Origin: Nanobdellota archaeon
GTDB taxonomy: Archaea; Nanobdellota; Nanobdellia; Woesearchaeales; UBA9642
Assembly (NCBI GenBank): GCA_041305085.1
Contig: JBFYMA010000021.1
Coordinates: forward strand, 1-56,296
DNA: 56,296 nucleotides
Direction of reading: 5' to 3'
Positions 9,876-18,492 of this stretch are shown in pieces. Within the stretch, counting starts at the first letter, position 1, and each line of letters starts with the position of its first letter. Both the position numbers and the translations under genes were made by a program. The notes beneath the pieces are model-generated. The model worked only from the letters and a program-made list of their open reading frames with translations. It had not been told where the DNA came from and searched no databases.

Positions 9876-10277
9876 TTAGTAGCAATAGCACAAAAGCTTT
9901 CCTCCAATTCCCTGCTGTTTGGCCTGGGTATGTGTGAGCAATCCTTTGTTTGTTGAAAGCAAAAGCAACCCCATATCTTTTGCAGGAAGGAACCTCTTTT
10001 CAAACTTTACAAAGTCCTGTTTTGTAACTGAAAACCTTGGCTTTACAACTCCTATCTTATTTATATTGCCAAGAAGGCTTATTTTCAGAAGCTTGTTTTT
10101 TCCATCCTCTATCTCTTCAAAGCTTCCAAGGTATTTGTTTTCCTGAAGCATTGACAATAGTTTTTTTATAAGCTTGGAGTTGTACCTAACCAAAACCTCT
10201 TTTTTTCCGTTTCTTTCGCTGTTCATTATGTTAGACAGGACCGCTGCCAGTGTATCATTCAAGCTCATTTTTTGCAC
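9876..10277 (-). CDS. rps8: 30S ribosomal protein uS8
   Basis: DTLAAVLSNIMNSERNGKKEV N-terminus and a GGKLLCYCY end. Confidence 0.93.
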   Translation of the reverse strand: MQKMSLNDTLAAVLSNIMNSERNGKKEVLVRYNSKLIKKLLSMLQENKYLGSFEEIEDGKNKLLKISLLGNINKIGVVKPRFSVTKQDFVKFEKRFLPAKDMGLLLLSTNKGLLTHTQAKQQGIGGKLLCYCY

Positions 10278-10508
10278 CTAGCTGTATTTTTTAAAACCTA
10301 TTTCCTTTGATATTTCCCTGAAGCACTGCCTGCACAGGTTAACCCCATACTTGCCTATGTGCGCTCCGGTTCTTCCGCACCTCGAGCATTTTTTGGTTGA
10401 TTCTCCAAACTTTCTTGGCTTTGAAAGGTTGTGTTTTTCAAATTTCTTCAGCTTGGCAGACTTTTTGCCTATCTGCTTCAATACTTTTTTTGGATCGCTC
10501 GCAGTCAT
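10278..10508 (-). CDS. rps14: 30S ribosomal protein uS14 (zinc type) with N-terminal extension
   Basis: [25 protein letters not shown] zinc-knuckle core. Confidence 0.92.
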   Translation of the reverse strand: MTASDPKKVLKQIGKKSAKLKKFEKHNLSKPRKFGESTKKCSRCGRTGAHIGKYGVNLCRQCFREISKEIGFKKYS

Positions 10509-11017
10509 TCTTGTTCACCGATTTTTGTATTAAATTTTTCTTTGAAGTAATTTATTGCCTCTTCCTGTGATATTTGGTGGCTCTTCCCTATTCTGGAAGG
10601 CTTCAGCCTTCTCTTCTTCACCCTGAATCCCTGCCTTGTCAGGGTTATGCATATCTGCAGGCCTATAATTCCTATTTCCGGCTCGTATTTAACGCCAGGT
10701 ATGTCTATGTACTCTTCTATGCCGAAAGACACATTTCCATTGCTGTCAAAGTTTTCCTGGCTCAAAGAATTGTCCTTGGCTGCAAGAAACCTTTTCAGGA
10801 GGTCATCAACATTTTGTCTCATCGTAAGCTTGCATCCTATCGGAAGCCCCGGCCTCAGTCCCCATGTTGCTATCCTTTTGTTGGTTTTGGTCTTTACAGG
10901 CTCTATGCCTGTTATGTGCTTCAGAAGAGCAACTCCTTTATTTAACTTAGCTTGGTCTTTTCCTGCACCAACGTTCAATGTTATTTTCTCTATCCTTATT
11001 TCCTGCATCTTGTTCAT
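10505..11017 (-). CDS. rpl5: 50S ribosomal protein uL5
   Basis: [13 protein letters not shown]...GIEP..T pattern and operon order. Confidence 0.93.
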   Translation of the reverse strand: MNKMQEIRIEKITLNVGAGKDQAKLNKGVALLKHITGIEPVKTKTNKRIATWGLRPGLPIGCKLTMRQNVDDLLKRFLAAKDNSLSQENFDSNGNVSFGIEEYIDIPGVKYEPEIGIIGLQICITLTRQGFRVKKRRLKPSRIGKSHQISQEEAINYFKEKFNTKIGEQE

Positions 11018-11018
11018 T

Positions 11019-11678
11019 TTATTCTACTGCAAAAAGGTATTTCTTTCTTGTTTCAAAGGTTTTTCCCTCTTTTTCAAGGGCTGCTGTGCTTCCTTTGAGT
11101 TCCACAAGCTTTGCCCTTATTCCTATATTTTTTCCGGCATATACAATGACATTTGCGCCTTTTTCAAGAGGTATTTTTTTCACTATTTTTTTATCCTCAA
11201 TATTTATTATGTATGTGTCTCCTATTTTGTGGAATTCTTTCTTTTCTTCCAGGATATTCAGCCCTCCTAAAAAGTTCAGCTGGGTCTTGCCTTTTATAAA
11301 AGATTTTTTCAGGAGTTTTGCCATTTTGTGCTTGGCGTTCTTCTTGTCCAGATCTTCCAGCTTCAAAAATCCTTTTTCGTCAAGAGTGAATATGATATGC
11401 TTATCTATTGAAGGGATGCTTATTATGTCCATGAATCCAGCGATAAAATCAGGGTTTGAAATTCTTTTTCCGTTAACCAAAACCTCTTTTTCATGGAGTA
11501 TGTTTCTTACCTCCTTTGAGGTTTTTGCCATTGGCCTGAGTTCCTTGAACAGGGTCATCATGCTGGTTCCAAGCATAAGGCTGTGGGCTCCAGGGTTTGG
11601 TCTTCTTACAAACGTGTTGTCCTTTCTTTGTATTTTCCAATTTTTTGGGGCATTAATCCTTTTTATGTGCCTTTTCAT
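11019..11678 (-). CDS. rps4e: 30S ribosomal protein eS4
   Basis: MKRHIKRINAPKNWKI N-terminus, characteristic of eS4. Confidence 0.93.
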   Translation of the reverse strand: MKRHIKRINAPKNWKIQRKDNTFVRRPNPGAHSLMLGTSMMTLFKELRPMAKTSKEVRNILHEKEVLVNGKRISNPDFIAGFMDIISIPSIDKHIIFTLDEKGFLKLEDLDKKNAKHKMAKLLKKSFIKGKTQLNFLGGLNILEEKKEFHKIGDTYIINIEDKKIVKKIPLEKGANVIVYAGKNIGIRAKLVELKGSTAALEKEGKTFETRKKYLFAVE

Positions 11679-12073
11679 TGTTTTACCTTTTCCTGCTTTT
11701 GTCTGAGTTTTTCCATTCTTTTTTTGTCATCTGTATTAAGCTCTGTAACCAAAACATTTGAAGGATTTATTGGATATCTTGCTTTTGAGCCATCTTTTTT
11801 CTGTATCTCTGCCTTTGCCACAAAAATTTTTGACTTTTTGAGGTTTACAGACTCTATTTTTCCTTCTATTTTTGCAAACTGCCCCCTCATTATTTTTACC
11901 TTGTCCCCTGTTCTTACTCTGATTGTTCTTCTACCATATTTTTGCCTGAGCTCTTTTGAGAGATGGACATTCAAAAAACTTGATTTTACGTGAAGTGGCG
12001 CATTAAATCTGTACTTTCTCTGCTTTCTTGGCTGTTTGCTTGAGTTCCAGGTTTTTGCGAATTTCTTTTTCAT
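11675..12073 (-). CDS. rpl24: 50S ribosomal protein uL24
   Basis: KOW segment IRVRTGDKVKIMRGQFAKIEGKI. Confidence 0.92.
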   Translation of the reverse strand: MKKKFAKTWNSSKQPRKQRKYRFNAPLHVKSSFLNVHLSKELRQKYGRRTIRVRTGDKVKIMRGQFAKIEGKIESVNLKKSKIFVAKAEIQKKDGSKARYPINPSNVLVTELNTDDKKRMEKLRQKQEKVKQ

Positions 12074-12077
12074 TTTT

Positions 12078-12479
12078 TTACACCACTATGTTTGCAACCT
12101 TGCCTATGGCAGGCCACTTTTCAACGACTTCTTTTGCTATAGGTCCTTTGAAAATTGTTCCTTTGGGGTTTCCTTTTTTGTCCTTTACCACCACAAGGCT
12201 GTTGTCTTCAAACTTTATTCTTGTGCCGTCTGGCCTTCTATACTCTTTTTTCTGCCTCACTATGACTCCCATCACAACAGTCTTTCGCATGTCCGGTTTG
12301 CCTTTTTTTACAGTTACAGCAACCAAATCCCCTATTCTTGCAGAGGGTATTCTTCCTTTCACGGTCTTGTGGCCAAACACAGCCAAAATCTTCACCCTTT
12401 TTGCTCCTGAGTTATCGCAAGGGTCCAGGTAGCATCCAAGAGGCAGGCATTTTGGTATTTTGGCTTTTATTGCTTTCAT
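12078..12479 (-). CDS. rpl14: 50S ribosomal protein uL14
   Basis: CDNSGAKRVKILAV...RIGDLVAVTVKKG core. Confidence 0.95.
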   Translation of the reverse strand: MKAIKAKIPKCLPLGCYLDPCDNSGAKRVKILAVFGHKTVKGRIPSARIGDLVAVTVKKGKPDMRKTVVMGVIVRQKKEYRRPDGTRIKFEDNSLVVVKDKKGNPKGTIFKGPIAKEVVEKWPAIGKVANIVV

Positions 12480-12480
12480 T

Positions 12481-12780
12481 TTATTTTAATACCTCAACAA
12501 CTGTGAAGTTTTTTGTTTTTGAAATTGGCCTGGTTTCCATTATTCTTACTTTATCTCCTTTTTTGGCATCTATTTCCTTAGGATTGTGTGCTTTTACTTT
12601 TGTTCTCTTAAATTCATATCGCTCATATTTTTTCATGTATTTTCTCCTGTTCCATTCAACTGTCACGGTTTTCTGCATCTTGTCGCTTACAACTATTCCC
12701 ACAAACTCCCTTCCTCTCGTCGAGATGGGTTTTTTCCCTATTGTGATGCTTTCTTTTTTTTGGTTTTTTGGAGTTGTCAT
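12481..12780 (-). CDS. rps17: 30S ribosomal protein uS17
   Basis: [16 protein letters not shown]....Y..KY.RY...K..KAH core. Confidence 0.93.
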   Translation of the reverse strand: MTTPKNQKKESITIGKKPISTRGREFVGIVVSDKMQKTVTVEWNRRKYMKKYERYEFKRTKVKAHNPKEIDAKKGDKVRIMETRPISKTKNFTVVEVLK

Positions 12781-13001
12781 TTTTTTATCCTTTCTTCCGG
12801 TCTTTTGATGATTTTATTTCCTTCAATTTTTTTATTCTCTATTATGAACGTGTGATTTCTTTTCAGGATTGTTTTTGTTTTTTTTTCTGTTTTGACTTTG
12901 AAAGTGCTTTTTGTCTCTTCTATGATTATTCCTTTTGTTTTTCTTTTTTCCGGGTCTGTTATCTCTACATGCGACCCTATGAACTCTTGAGCATTTTCCA
13001 T
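12777..13001 (-). CDS. rnp1: RNase P protein component 1 (Rpp29/Pop4), short form
   Basis: [30 protein letters not shown] pattern. It sits between SUI1 and uS17, as in euryarchaeal clusters. Confidence 0.8.
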   Translation of the reverse strand: MENAQEFIGSHVEITDPEKRKTKGIIIEETKSTFKVKTEKKTKTILKRNHTFIIENKKIEGNKIIKRPEERIKK

Positions 13002-13004
13002 GTT

Positions 13005-13310
13005 TTATCCGATGTCTATTGTTTCGGGTGGGAATCCCTCGTCAACCAAGGCTTTCCTTATATTTTTCAGGTGGTCTCCCTGAAGTTCGACATATGTTTC
13101 CTTTGCCGTTCCCCCGCATGCAAACTTGTTTTTCAGTTTCTTTACAAGGTCTCTTAGGTTTACATCTTTGCTAAACCCTTCGACAAGCGTGTATTTTTTT
13201 CCGAACTTTTTCTTTATTATCTTTGCAGTTATTTTCTGCTTTTCCTTGGTTATGGTTTCCCAGACTCCCAGGTCTTTTGGAAGACCTGTTATTGGGTCTA
13301 TTTCAGCCAT
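13005..13310 (-). CDS. Translation initiation factor aIF1 (SUI1)
   Basis: KKYTLVEGFSKDVNLRDLVKKLKNKFACGGTAKE..VELQGDH SUI1 core. Confidence 0.9.
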   Translation of the reverse strand: MAEIDPITGLPKDLGVWETITKEKQKITAKIIKKKFGKKYTLVEGFSKDVNLRDLVKKLKNKFACGGTAKETYVELQGDHLKNIRKALVDEGFPPETIDIG

Positions 13311-13506
13311 TTTTGGTTTTTGTTTGTTCCTGTTCTATTTTTTTTATTCTTGAAAGTATTTTTTTAAAGTTCTTTATCATGTGGGGGTTCTTTGGATTTG
13401 TGCCCGTAGCCACCTGAGATCTCAGCTTCATAAGCTCCAGTGTTGCTTCGCTTTTCTTTTTCTCAAGATCTTCTGCACTCAGTGATTGTAGTTGTTTGAA
13501 TTTCAT
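13303..13506 (-). CDS. rpl29: 50S ribosomal protein uL29
   Basis: LSAEDLEKKKSEATLELMKLRSQVATG pattern and operon order. Confidence 0.9.
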   Translation of the reverse strand: MKFKQLQSLSAEDLEKKKSEATLELMKLRSQVATGTNPKNPHMIKNFKKILSRIKKIEQEQTKTKNG

Positions 13507-14243
13507 TTTTTATCTGTCTGCTTTGTTTTTTTTGACGACTTCTTTGGCTTTTCAGAAGATTTTCTTTCTTGAGAGCCTTTTTCACCATCTTTGTCTTCAT
13601 GAGAGTTTTCTGCAGGCTCATCTGTCTCTTCAATTGCTGTTTCAGGTTTTTTCAGCAGCTTTATCTTGTCAGGAAGCTTTGTTGTCTTTGGCAGGATGCT
13701 TACTTTTATTCCTATTACCCCTGTTTTCAGCTTGGCAACTGCATAAGCTTTTTTAACTCCTGATATTGCTATGTCTCCGCATTTTTTCAAATATCCCTGC
13801 CAGAATCTCCATGATCTGGCCCTTGCGCTTGGGATTTTTCCTGAGATAAGTATCTCAACACCCCATGCCCCTGCATTCATGACCTCCCCCATAACTTTAT
13901 GTCCTATTCCTTTGAATCTCTGGCTGCCGTATCTTTCAAGGCTGTTGGCAATTATTTCCGCAACAATTCCTGCATCTGCATATATATTTTCCACTTCTAT
14001 AAGCTCTATTTGGGGGTTTTCAAGGTCAAACTTCTGCTTCAGCTCTTTTGTAAGGCGTGTTATGTTTGCTCCGCTCTTTCCAACAATCAGCCCGGGTCTT
14101 GATGCGCAAATTATTATTTTTTCTCCAAGCGGTGTTTTCTGGAGTTTTGTATAGCTGTGCCCCACATTTGAAAGGTTGCTTGTTATGTATTCCTGTATTG
14201 CAAATTTTTTCAGGTTCTGCTTTATGAATTGTCTTTCTATCAT
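13503..14243 (-). CDS. rps3: 30S ribosomal protein uS3 with K/E/S-rich tail
   Basis: KH-domain segment (RPGLIVGKSGANITRL) and the uS3 C-domain. Confidence 0.95.
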   Translation of the reverse strand: MIERQFIKQNLKKFAIQEYITSNLSNVGHSYTKLQKTPLGEKIIICASRPGLIVGKSGANITRLTKELKQKFDLENPQIELIEVENIYADAGIVAEIIANSLERYGSQRFKGIGHKVMGEVMNAGAWGVEILISGKIPSARARSWRFWQGYLKKCGDIAISGVKKAYAVAKLKTGVIGIKVSILPKTTKLPDKIKLLKKPETAIEETDEPAENSHEDKDGEKGSQERKSSEKPKKSSKKTKQTDKK

Positions 14244-14244
14244 T

Positions 14245-14985
14245 TTATCCCATCAATTTTTTTTCAGCTTGCTTTTCGGGCTTAACTTCTGGAGCTTTTT
14301 TTTCTGTCTTTTTTATTTGTACGTCTTTGATCTTTTCTGCTGCGCCTGGTTTGTGTGATTCCAACTGCTTTTCCTGTTTTTCTTTTTGAGGCTCCTGTTT
14401 CACATTTTTTTCTTCTTTTATTTTTGTTTTTTGTGAGACCTCTTTTTCAGCAGCTGCTTTTTCAGGTTTTTTGTCCTGCTTTTTTTCTGGCTCATTTTCC
14501 TGGACAACTATTTCAACATGGCTTCTCTTCATCTTTATCCTGCTCTGCCTTCCATAGTGCCACGGCTGGGATGCTCTCTGGACGACAAGTCTGCTTATTA
14601 GTAGGTCCTTTGCGCTGAGCCCTTTGTCCTGAGCATTGGACTCTGCGGATTTTATAAGATCCAAAAATATCTGGCATGCCTTTACAGAGTATCTTCCGCT
14701 CGCCATGGGCCCTTTTTTGTGTCCTGGGCCGTTTGTAAACCTTTTGTAAGGAATTGCTGTTGTGAGACTTATGGCATCCTCTAAAATCTTTTTAGCTCTT
14801 GCTGTATGTTTCCCTCTTATTCTGTTGGCTATCTCTACGCTTGTCTTTGTGGATATGCTGACATCCCTTGCAACTGCTTTTGCAGAGTCCTGTTCAATCG
14901 TTTTTGTTGCGTATCTGTATTGCGCCATTTTTGTTTTTTTGATTTTTTCTTTTCTATTTATTATTTTTCCGCCTGATGCTGGCAA
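14245..14985 (-). CDS. rpl22: 50S ribosomal protein uL22 with ~80-aa K/E-rich tail
   Basis: AKAVARDVSISTKTSVEIANRIRG core. The true start may be MAQYRY (ATG 14928) rather than 14985. Confidence 0.92.
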   Translation of the reverse strand: MPASGGKIINRKEKIKKTKMAQYRYATKTIEQDSAKAVARDVSISTKTSVEIANRIRGKHTARAKKILEDAISLTTAIPYKRFTNGPGHKKGPMASGRYSVKACQIFLDLIKSAESNAQDKGLSAKDLLISRLVVQRASQPWHYGRQSRIKMKRSHVEIVVQENEPEKKQDKKPEKAAAEKEVSQKTKIKEEKNVKQEPQKEKQEKQLESHKPGAAEKIKDVQIKKTEKKAPEVKPEKQAEKKLMG

Positions 14986-14993
14986 TTATCTTT

Positions 14994-15374
14994 TTATTTA
15001 ACTGAAACATTGGAACTACTCCTTGTAGCTCCTACTCCTGGAGCATTGTGGCCAACCTTTGACCTTGTCAATGAGTACTCGCCCAGATAATGGCCTATCA
15101 TCTCTTCCTGTATAATCACAGACACGAATGTTTTTCCATTATAAATGCTTATTGTTTTCCCGACCATGAATGGTAATACAACCATATCGCGCGAATGTGT
15201 TTTGGCACGCGGCTTTATTTTTAATGTCTGAATCAGCTTTTTCTTTTCAGGAGACAACCCTCTTTTTATTGCTCTTCTCTGTCTAGATGGAAAAAGTTCT
15301 GCAATCTCATCTATAGACATTGCCTGCAGTTCTTCAAGAGTCTTTCCTTTGTATGTAAAAATTTTTTTTGCCAT
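14994..15374 (-). CDS. rps19: 30S ribosomal protein uS19
   Basis: [31 protein letters not shown] core. Confidence 0.95.
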   Translation of the reverse strand: MAKKIFTYKGKTLEELQAMSIDEIAELFPSRQRRAIKRGLSPEKKKLIQTLKIKPRAKTHSRDMVVLPFMVGKTISIYNGKTFVSVIIQEEMIGHYLGEYSLTRSKVGHNAPGVGATRSSSNVSVK

Positions 15375-15378
15375 TTTA

Positions 15379-16104
15379 TTATTGTCCTGTGCTCACTCTT
15401 CCCTTCCTCCTTCCTGTTCTTCTAGGCCTTATATATCCAACATTTCTTCCTGGAGGCGCGTTTTTTGGAGCGGGCCTGGCTTTTGACTTTCTTGATGTTC
15501 TTTTGTTTCCAAATGGGTGGTCCACTGCGTTCTGGGCAGATCCTCCTATCTTTGGATAAAGCTTGTTTTTTGCCTTGTACTTGTAAAATGCCTTTCCTGC
15601 CTTTATCAAAGGCTTTTCCATCCTTCCTCCTCCTGCAACTATTCCAATGGTTGCTTTGCACATTGGATGGAATGCTTTTTGCTTTTTTGAAGGGAGCTGG
15701 ATGCTTACCTTGTCAGATGTTTTTGAGACTATCTTTGCAAATGTTCCTGAGCTTCTGACAAACTTTCCTCCGTCTCCCGGAACTCCTTCTATGTTGTATA
15801 TCATTGCTCCTTCAGGAACATCCTTTAGGCAGAGGGAGTTTCCTGTTTCAGGCTTTGCCTCATTACCTATACTTATCTGCTCGCCTACCTTTAACCCTTC
15901 AGGTGCTATCATCAGTCCTGTCTGGTTGTTAGGGAACCTTAGTCGTGCAAGAGGGGCAGAGTGTCCTCTGCATTTTATAAAGTCAACAACAAGCGCTGTT
16001 GAATATTTTGTGCTTGTTTTTGCCTCTCCCTTGTATTTGAAAGATGGCGCCCTGTATGTTGGGCTTCCTTTTCCTCTGGCCTGTTGGATGAGTGTCTTTC
16101 CCAT
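15379..16104 (-). CDS. rpl2: 50S ribosomal protein uL2
   Basis: [14 protein letters not shown] and [12 protein letters not shown] motifs. Confidence 0.96.
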   Translation of the reverse strand: MGKTLIQQARGKGSPTYRAPSFKYKGEAKTSTKYSTALVVDFIKCRGHSAPLARLRFPNNQTGLMIAPEGLKVGEQISIGNEAKPETGNSLCLKDVPEGAMIYNIEGVPGDGGKFVRSSGTFAKIVSKTSDKVSIQLPSKKQKAFHPMCKATIGIVAGGGRMEKPLIKAGKAFYKYKAKNKLYPKIGGSAQNAVDHPFGNKRTSRKSKARPAPKNAPPGRNVGYIRPRRTGRRKGRVSTGQ

Positions 16105-16114
16105 TTTTTTACCT

Positions 16115-16363
16115 TCACATCATTCCCATTTTGGTGGCTATATCAAGTGCAGGGGTTTCAGAGCTGAATGTTATATATGCCCTTTTTTTTCCGTTCTTGT
16201 CTATAAGTGTTCTTATTTTTAGTATTTTTGCACTGAATATTTTTTCCAGCTCTGACTTTATCTCTTGTTTTGATGCTTTTCTTTCAACTACAAATATGAG
16301 CTTGTTTTCTGATTCCATCATTCGTATGGATTTTTCTGTTGAAAGCGGATGGCTTACTATCAT
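16115..16363 (-). CDS. rpl23: 50S ribosomal protein uL23
   Basis: HPLSTEKSIRMMESENKLIFVV pattern and operon order. Confidence 0.92.
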   Translation of the reverse strand: MIVSHPLSTEKSIRMMESENKLIFVVERKASKQEIKSELEKIFSAKILKIRTLIDKNGKKRAYITFSSETPALDIATKMGMM

Positions 16364-17328
16364 TTCTTATCCTCTGTTTTTTTAGCAGGCGTTGTGCTTG
16401 CTTTTTTTGGTTTTATTGTTTTTTCAACAGGTTTTGTTTTTTCTGTCTTAATCATTTGAGCTTTGTCCTGTTTTTTCTGTTTATTTTCTGAGGATTTTTT
16501 TGAAACAGGCCTGATGCCTCCTTCCATAAACAAATGCCTATTTTCCAAAACACCTATTGCTGGCTCTGTGTAAAGAGTAAGCCTTCCTGGATGTGTTCCC
16601 GGTGCAAGCTGGCTGCAGGTTATGTTTTGTATCTCCACAACTTCACAGCCCTTTATGTTTCTTGCAGATCTTGACAAAGGACAGCTTTCTGAAACAACTA
16701 TCAGTGGGCCTTTTTTATCCTTGTATTTTCTTCCCCTTGACTTCCCTTTTCCTGCCCTTATTTTTCTCTGCTTTGCCCTCTCAAGTTCTTTGCCAAACCC
16801 CAAAGTGTTCAATGATTCAAAAAATGATTTTGTTTTTCCTATCTTTTCAAACTCTGCTGAAAGCAAAAATGGATAGTTATCTGGAAAAAGATGGTTTCTT
16901 TTTTGCAAAAATGTTTTCTGGAGTGTTGCTGAAAGTGCGCTCTTTATTGCTTTTTGAAGCTCTCTATTGTTGATTTTCAACTGGAAGTCCTTTTCAGGCT
17001 TTGGAGGGTGGGCTCTTCTTCCTTTGACTGTTCCTGGCGCAAATGCTGCTTCATAATTGAACTGTGTTCCTCTTCTGGACATAACTTTTCTTGGTATTCT
17101 TGAAGCTCCCCTACCGTATGCTCCCCTATAGTCCCTTCTTCTTTTGCTGAGCCTTACACTTGCATTTTTTCCAGCCATGCTGTATGCTCCATAGGGCTGC
17201 CTGTCATTTATCTGCTGGGCAATCACAGCTCTTTCGACAAGATCAGTTCTTACAGTTTCCCTGAACTGTACAGGCAACTCTTTTTCGCCAATCTTTTCAT
17301 TTTTTGGGTTGTATATTGCGAGCTTCAT
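16360..17328 (-). CDS. rpl4: 50S ribosomal protein uL4 with K-rich tail
   Basis: Operon position between uL3 and uL23, plus a RRGTQFNYEAAFAPGTVKGRRAHPPK core. Confidence 0.92.
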   Translation of the reverse strand: MKLAIYNPKNEKIGEKELPVQFRETVRTDLVERAVIAQQINDRQPYGAYSMAGKNASVRLSKRRRDYRGAYGRGASRIPRKVMSRRGTQFNYEAAFAPGTVKGRRAHPPKPEKDFQLKINNRELQKAIKSALSATLQKTFLQKRNHLFPDNYPFLLSAEFEKIGKTKSFFESLNTLGFGKELERAKQRKIRAGKGKSRGRKYKDKKGPLIVVSESCPLSRSARNIKGCEVVEIQNITCSQLAPGTHPGRLTLYTEPAIGVLENRHLFMEGGIRPVSKKSSENKQKKQDKAQMIKTEKTKPVEKTIKPKKASTTPAKKTEDKK

Positions 17329-17338
17329 TTTGGTTATT

Positions 17339-18313
17339 TTATCTTCCCTGCTTTGACCTTGTACTTATATAATCTATCTGAGGCGCCTCTTCAGAGGTTT
17401 TTGTCTGCCTCATTGCCTTTGTAAGGATTACAAGCCTTTTTCTTGAGCCTCCAAGCGATCCTTTGACAAGCAGAAAAGTGTTTTTTATTTTTCCGTATTT
17501 CAAAAACCCTCCTTCAGGATTTATCTCCTCAGGATTGCTGGAAATCCTGAATATCTGCTTGTTGTATTCTGTTCTTTGGTGAAAACCTGTCTGGCCTGCA
17601 TGAGGAACCCTGAACATGTGCCATCTTGTGTACCAGACGCCTATTGCTCCGGGGTTTCTTCTTGATTTTTCTGTCTTGTGCCTTTTCAGGTCTATGCCAA
17701 ACCTTTTTACAGGCCCTTGGAGCCCTTTGCCTTTTGTTACTGCGTGCGAATCAACATACTGGCCTGGCTTAAACACCTGCTCAATTGTTATGTCCTTGTC
17801 TATGTTGTCTTTTACAAACTTTATCTGGTCCTCTTTTTTTCCTGAAAGCTTTATTTCAAATATTTCAGGCCTTTTTTTCAGTCCCACAAGCTTTGGCTGG
17901 GTGTGTACAAGCACAGACAATATTTCAAAGTCCTCAGGCTTTATTTCTCCGAACTGCTTCTGGTTTTTTGGAACAATCATCTTTCTGGATAGCTCTTTTG
18001 TCTTTCCCACAAAAAACTCTTTTGCAGGCTGGAGCTTTCCTGAAATGTTTTTTTTGTAAATCCTTACTGAAACAATTTTTATAGGAGGGCATTCCACCAC
18101 TGTTACAGGAGAGGAAACCTCTTCTCCTTTTGTCAAAGAATTTTTTTCTGTATCTGTATAAACAACATGCGTCATTCCTGCCTTGTACCCTGGAAACCCT
18201 GACAATGGAAATTCTGAAGCCTGCCAAGTCCTTATTCTTGGATACATTCTTTTAGCCCTTTTCCTAGGCCAAAACTGCATGGTTCCGCTTCTTGGTGTGT
18301 GTGGGGTTGGCAT
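17339..18313 (-). CDS. rpl3: 50S ribosomal protein uL3
   Basis: PRSGTMQFWPRKRAKR N-terminus and FPGYKAGMTHV; it is the first gene of the cluster. Confidence 0.95.
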   Translation of the reverse strand: MPTPHTPRSGTMQFWPRKRAKRMYPRIRTWQASEFPLSGFPGYKAGMTHVVYTDTEKNSLTKGEEVSSPVTVVECPPIKIVSVRIYKKNISGKLQPAKEFFVGKTKELSRKMIVPKNQKQFGEIKPEDFEILSVLVHTQPKLVGLKKRPEIFEIKLSGKKEDQIKFVKDNIDKDITIEQVFKPGQYVDSHAVTKGKGLQGPVKRFGIDLKRHKTEKSRRNPGAIGVWYTRWHMFRVPHAGQTGFHQRTEYNKQIFRISSNPEEINPEGGFLKYGKIKNTFLLVKGSLGGSRKRLVILTKAMRQTKTSEEAPQIDYISTRSKQGR

Positions 18314-18492
18314 TTTTTTAGCTTGTCTTGTTTAGATAGTTCTATCTGCTTTTTTGTATGCATCATAAACAGCCTATTTGAAACCTTTTTGAGAATACAA
18401 GCGTCCACTCGTACTGAAAAGGCTCTTTTCAGGCTCGTGTATGGGTTAAATTTGCACTAAATTTAACGATGTTTGGAGGAAAAATAAGGTAT

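Noticed and set aside
9875-10003. A 43-codon N-terminal extension of the uL6 ORF.
   Set aside because: It would overlap uS8 by 128 nt and is not uL6-like (MKRGSFLQKIWGCFCF...). The internal ATG at 9874 abuts the uS8 stop.
122-18227. Many long ORFs antisense to, or out of frame with, the ribosomal protein genes (for example 122-712+, 8784-9155+, 10647-11270+, 10978-11706+, 15647-16222+).
   Set aside because: Their composition is low-complexity and F/L/S/C-rich. They exist because the sense strand is Lys/Glu-codon rich and lacks antisense stops. Every one overlaps a confidently identified r-protein gene.
18445-18467. The perfect 9-bp palindrome GTTAAATTT-gcact-AAATTTAAC, which shares TTTGCACTAAA with the dispersed-repeat module, and the nearby hairpin CTGAAAAG-gct-CTTTTCAG (18414-18432).
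   Set aside because: It is too short to assign to the repeat family. It lies in the primase/uL3 intergenic region, where it may simply act as a terminator or operator. I noted it only.
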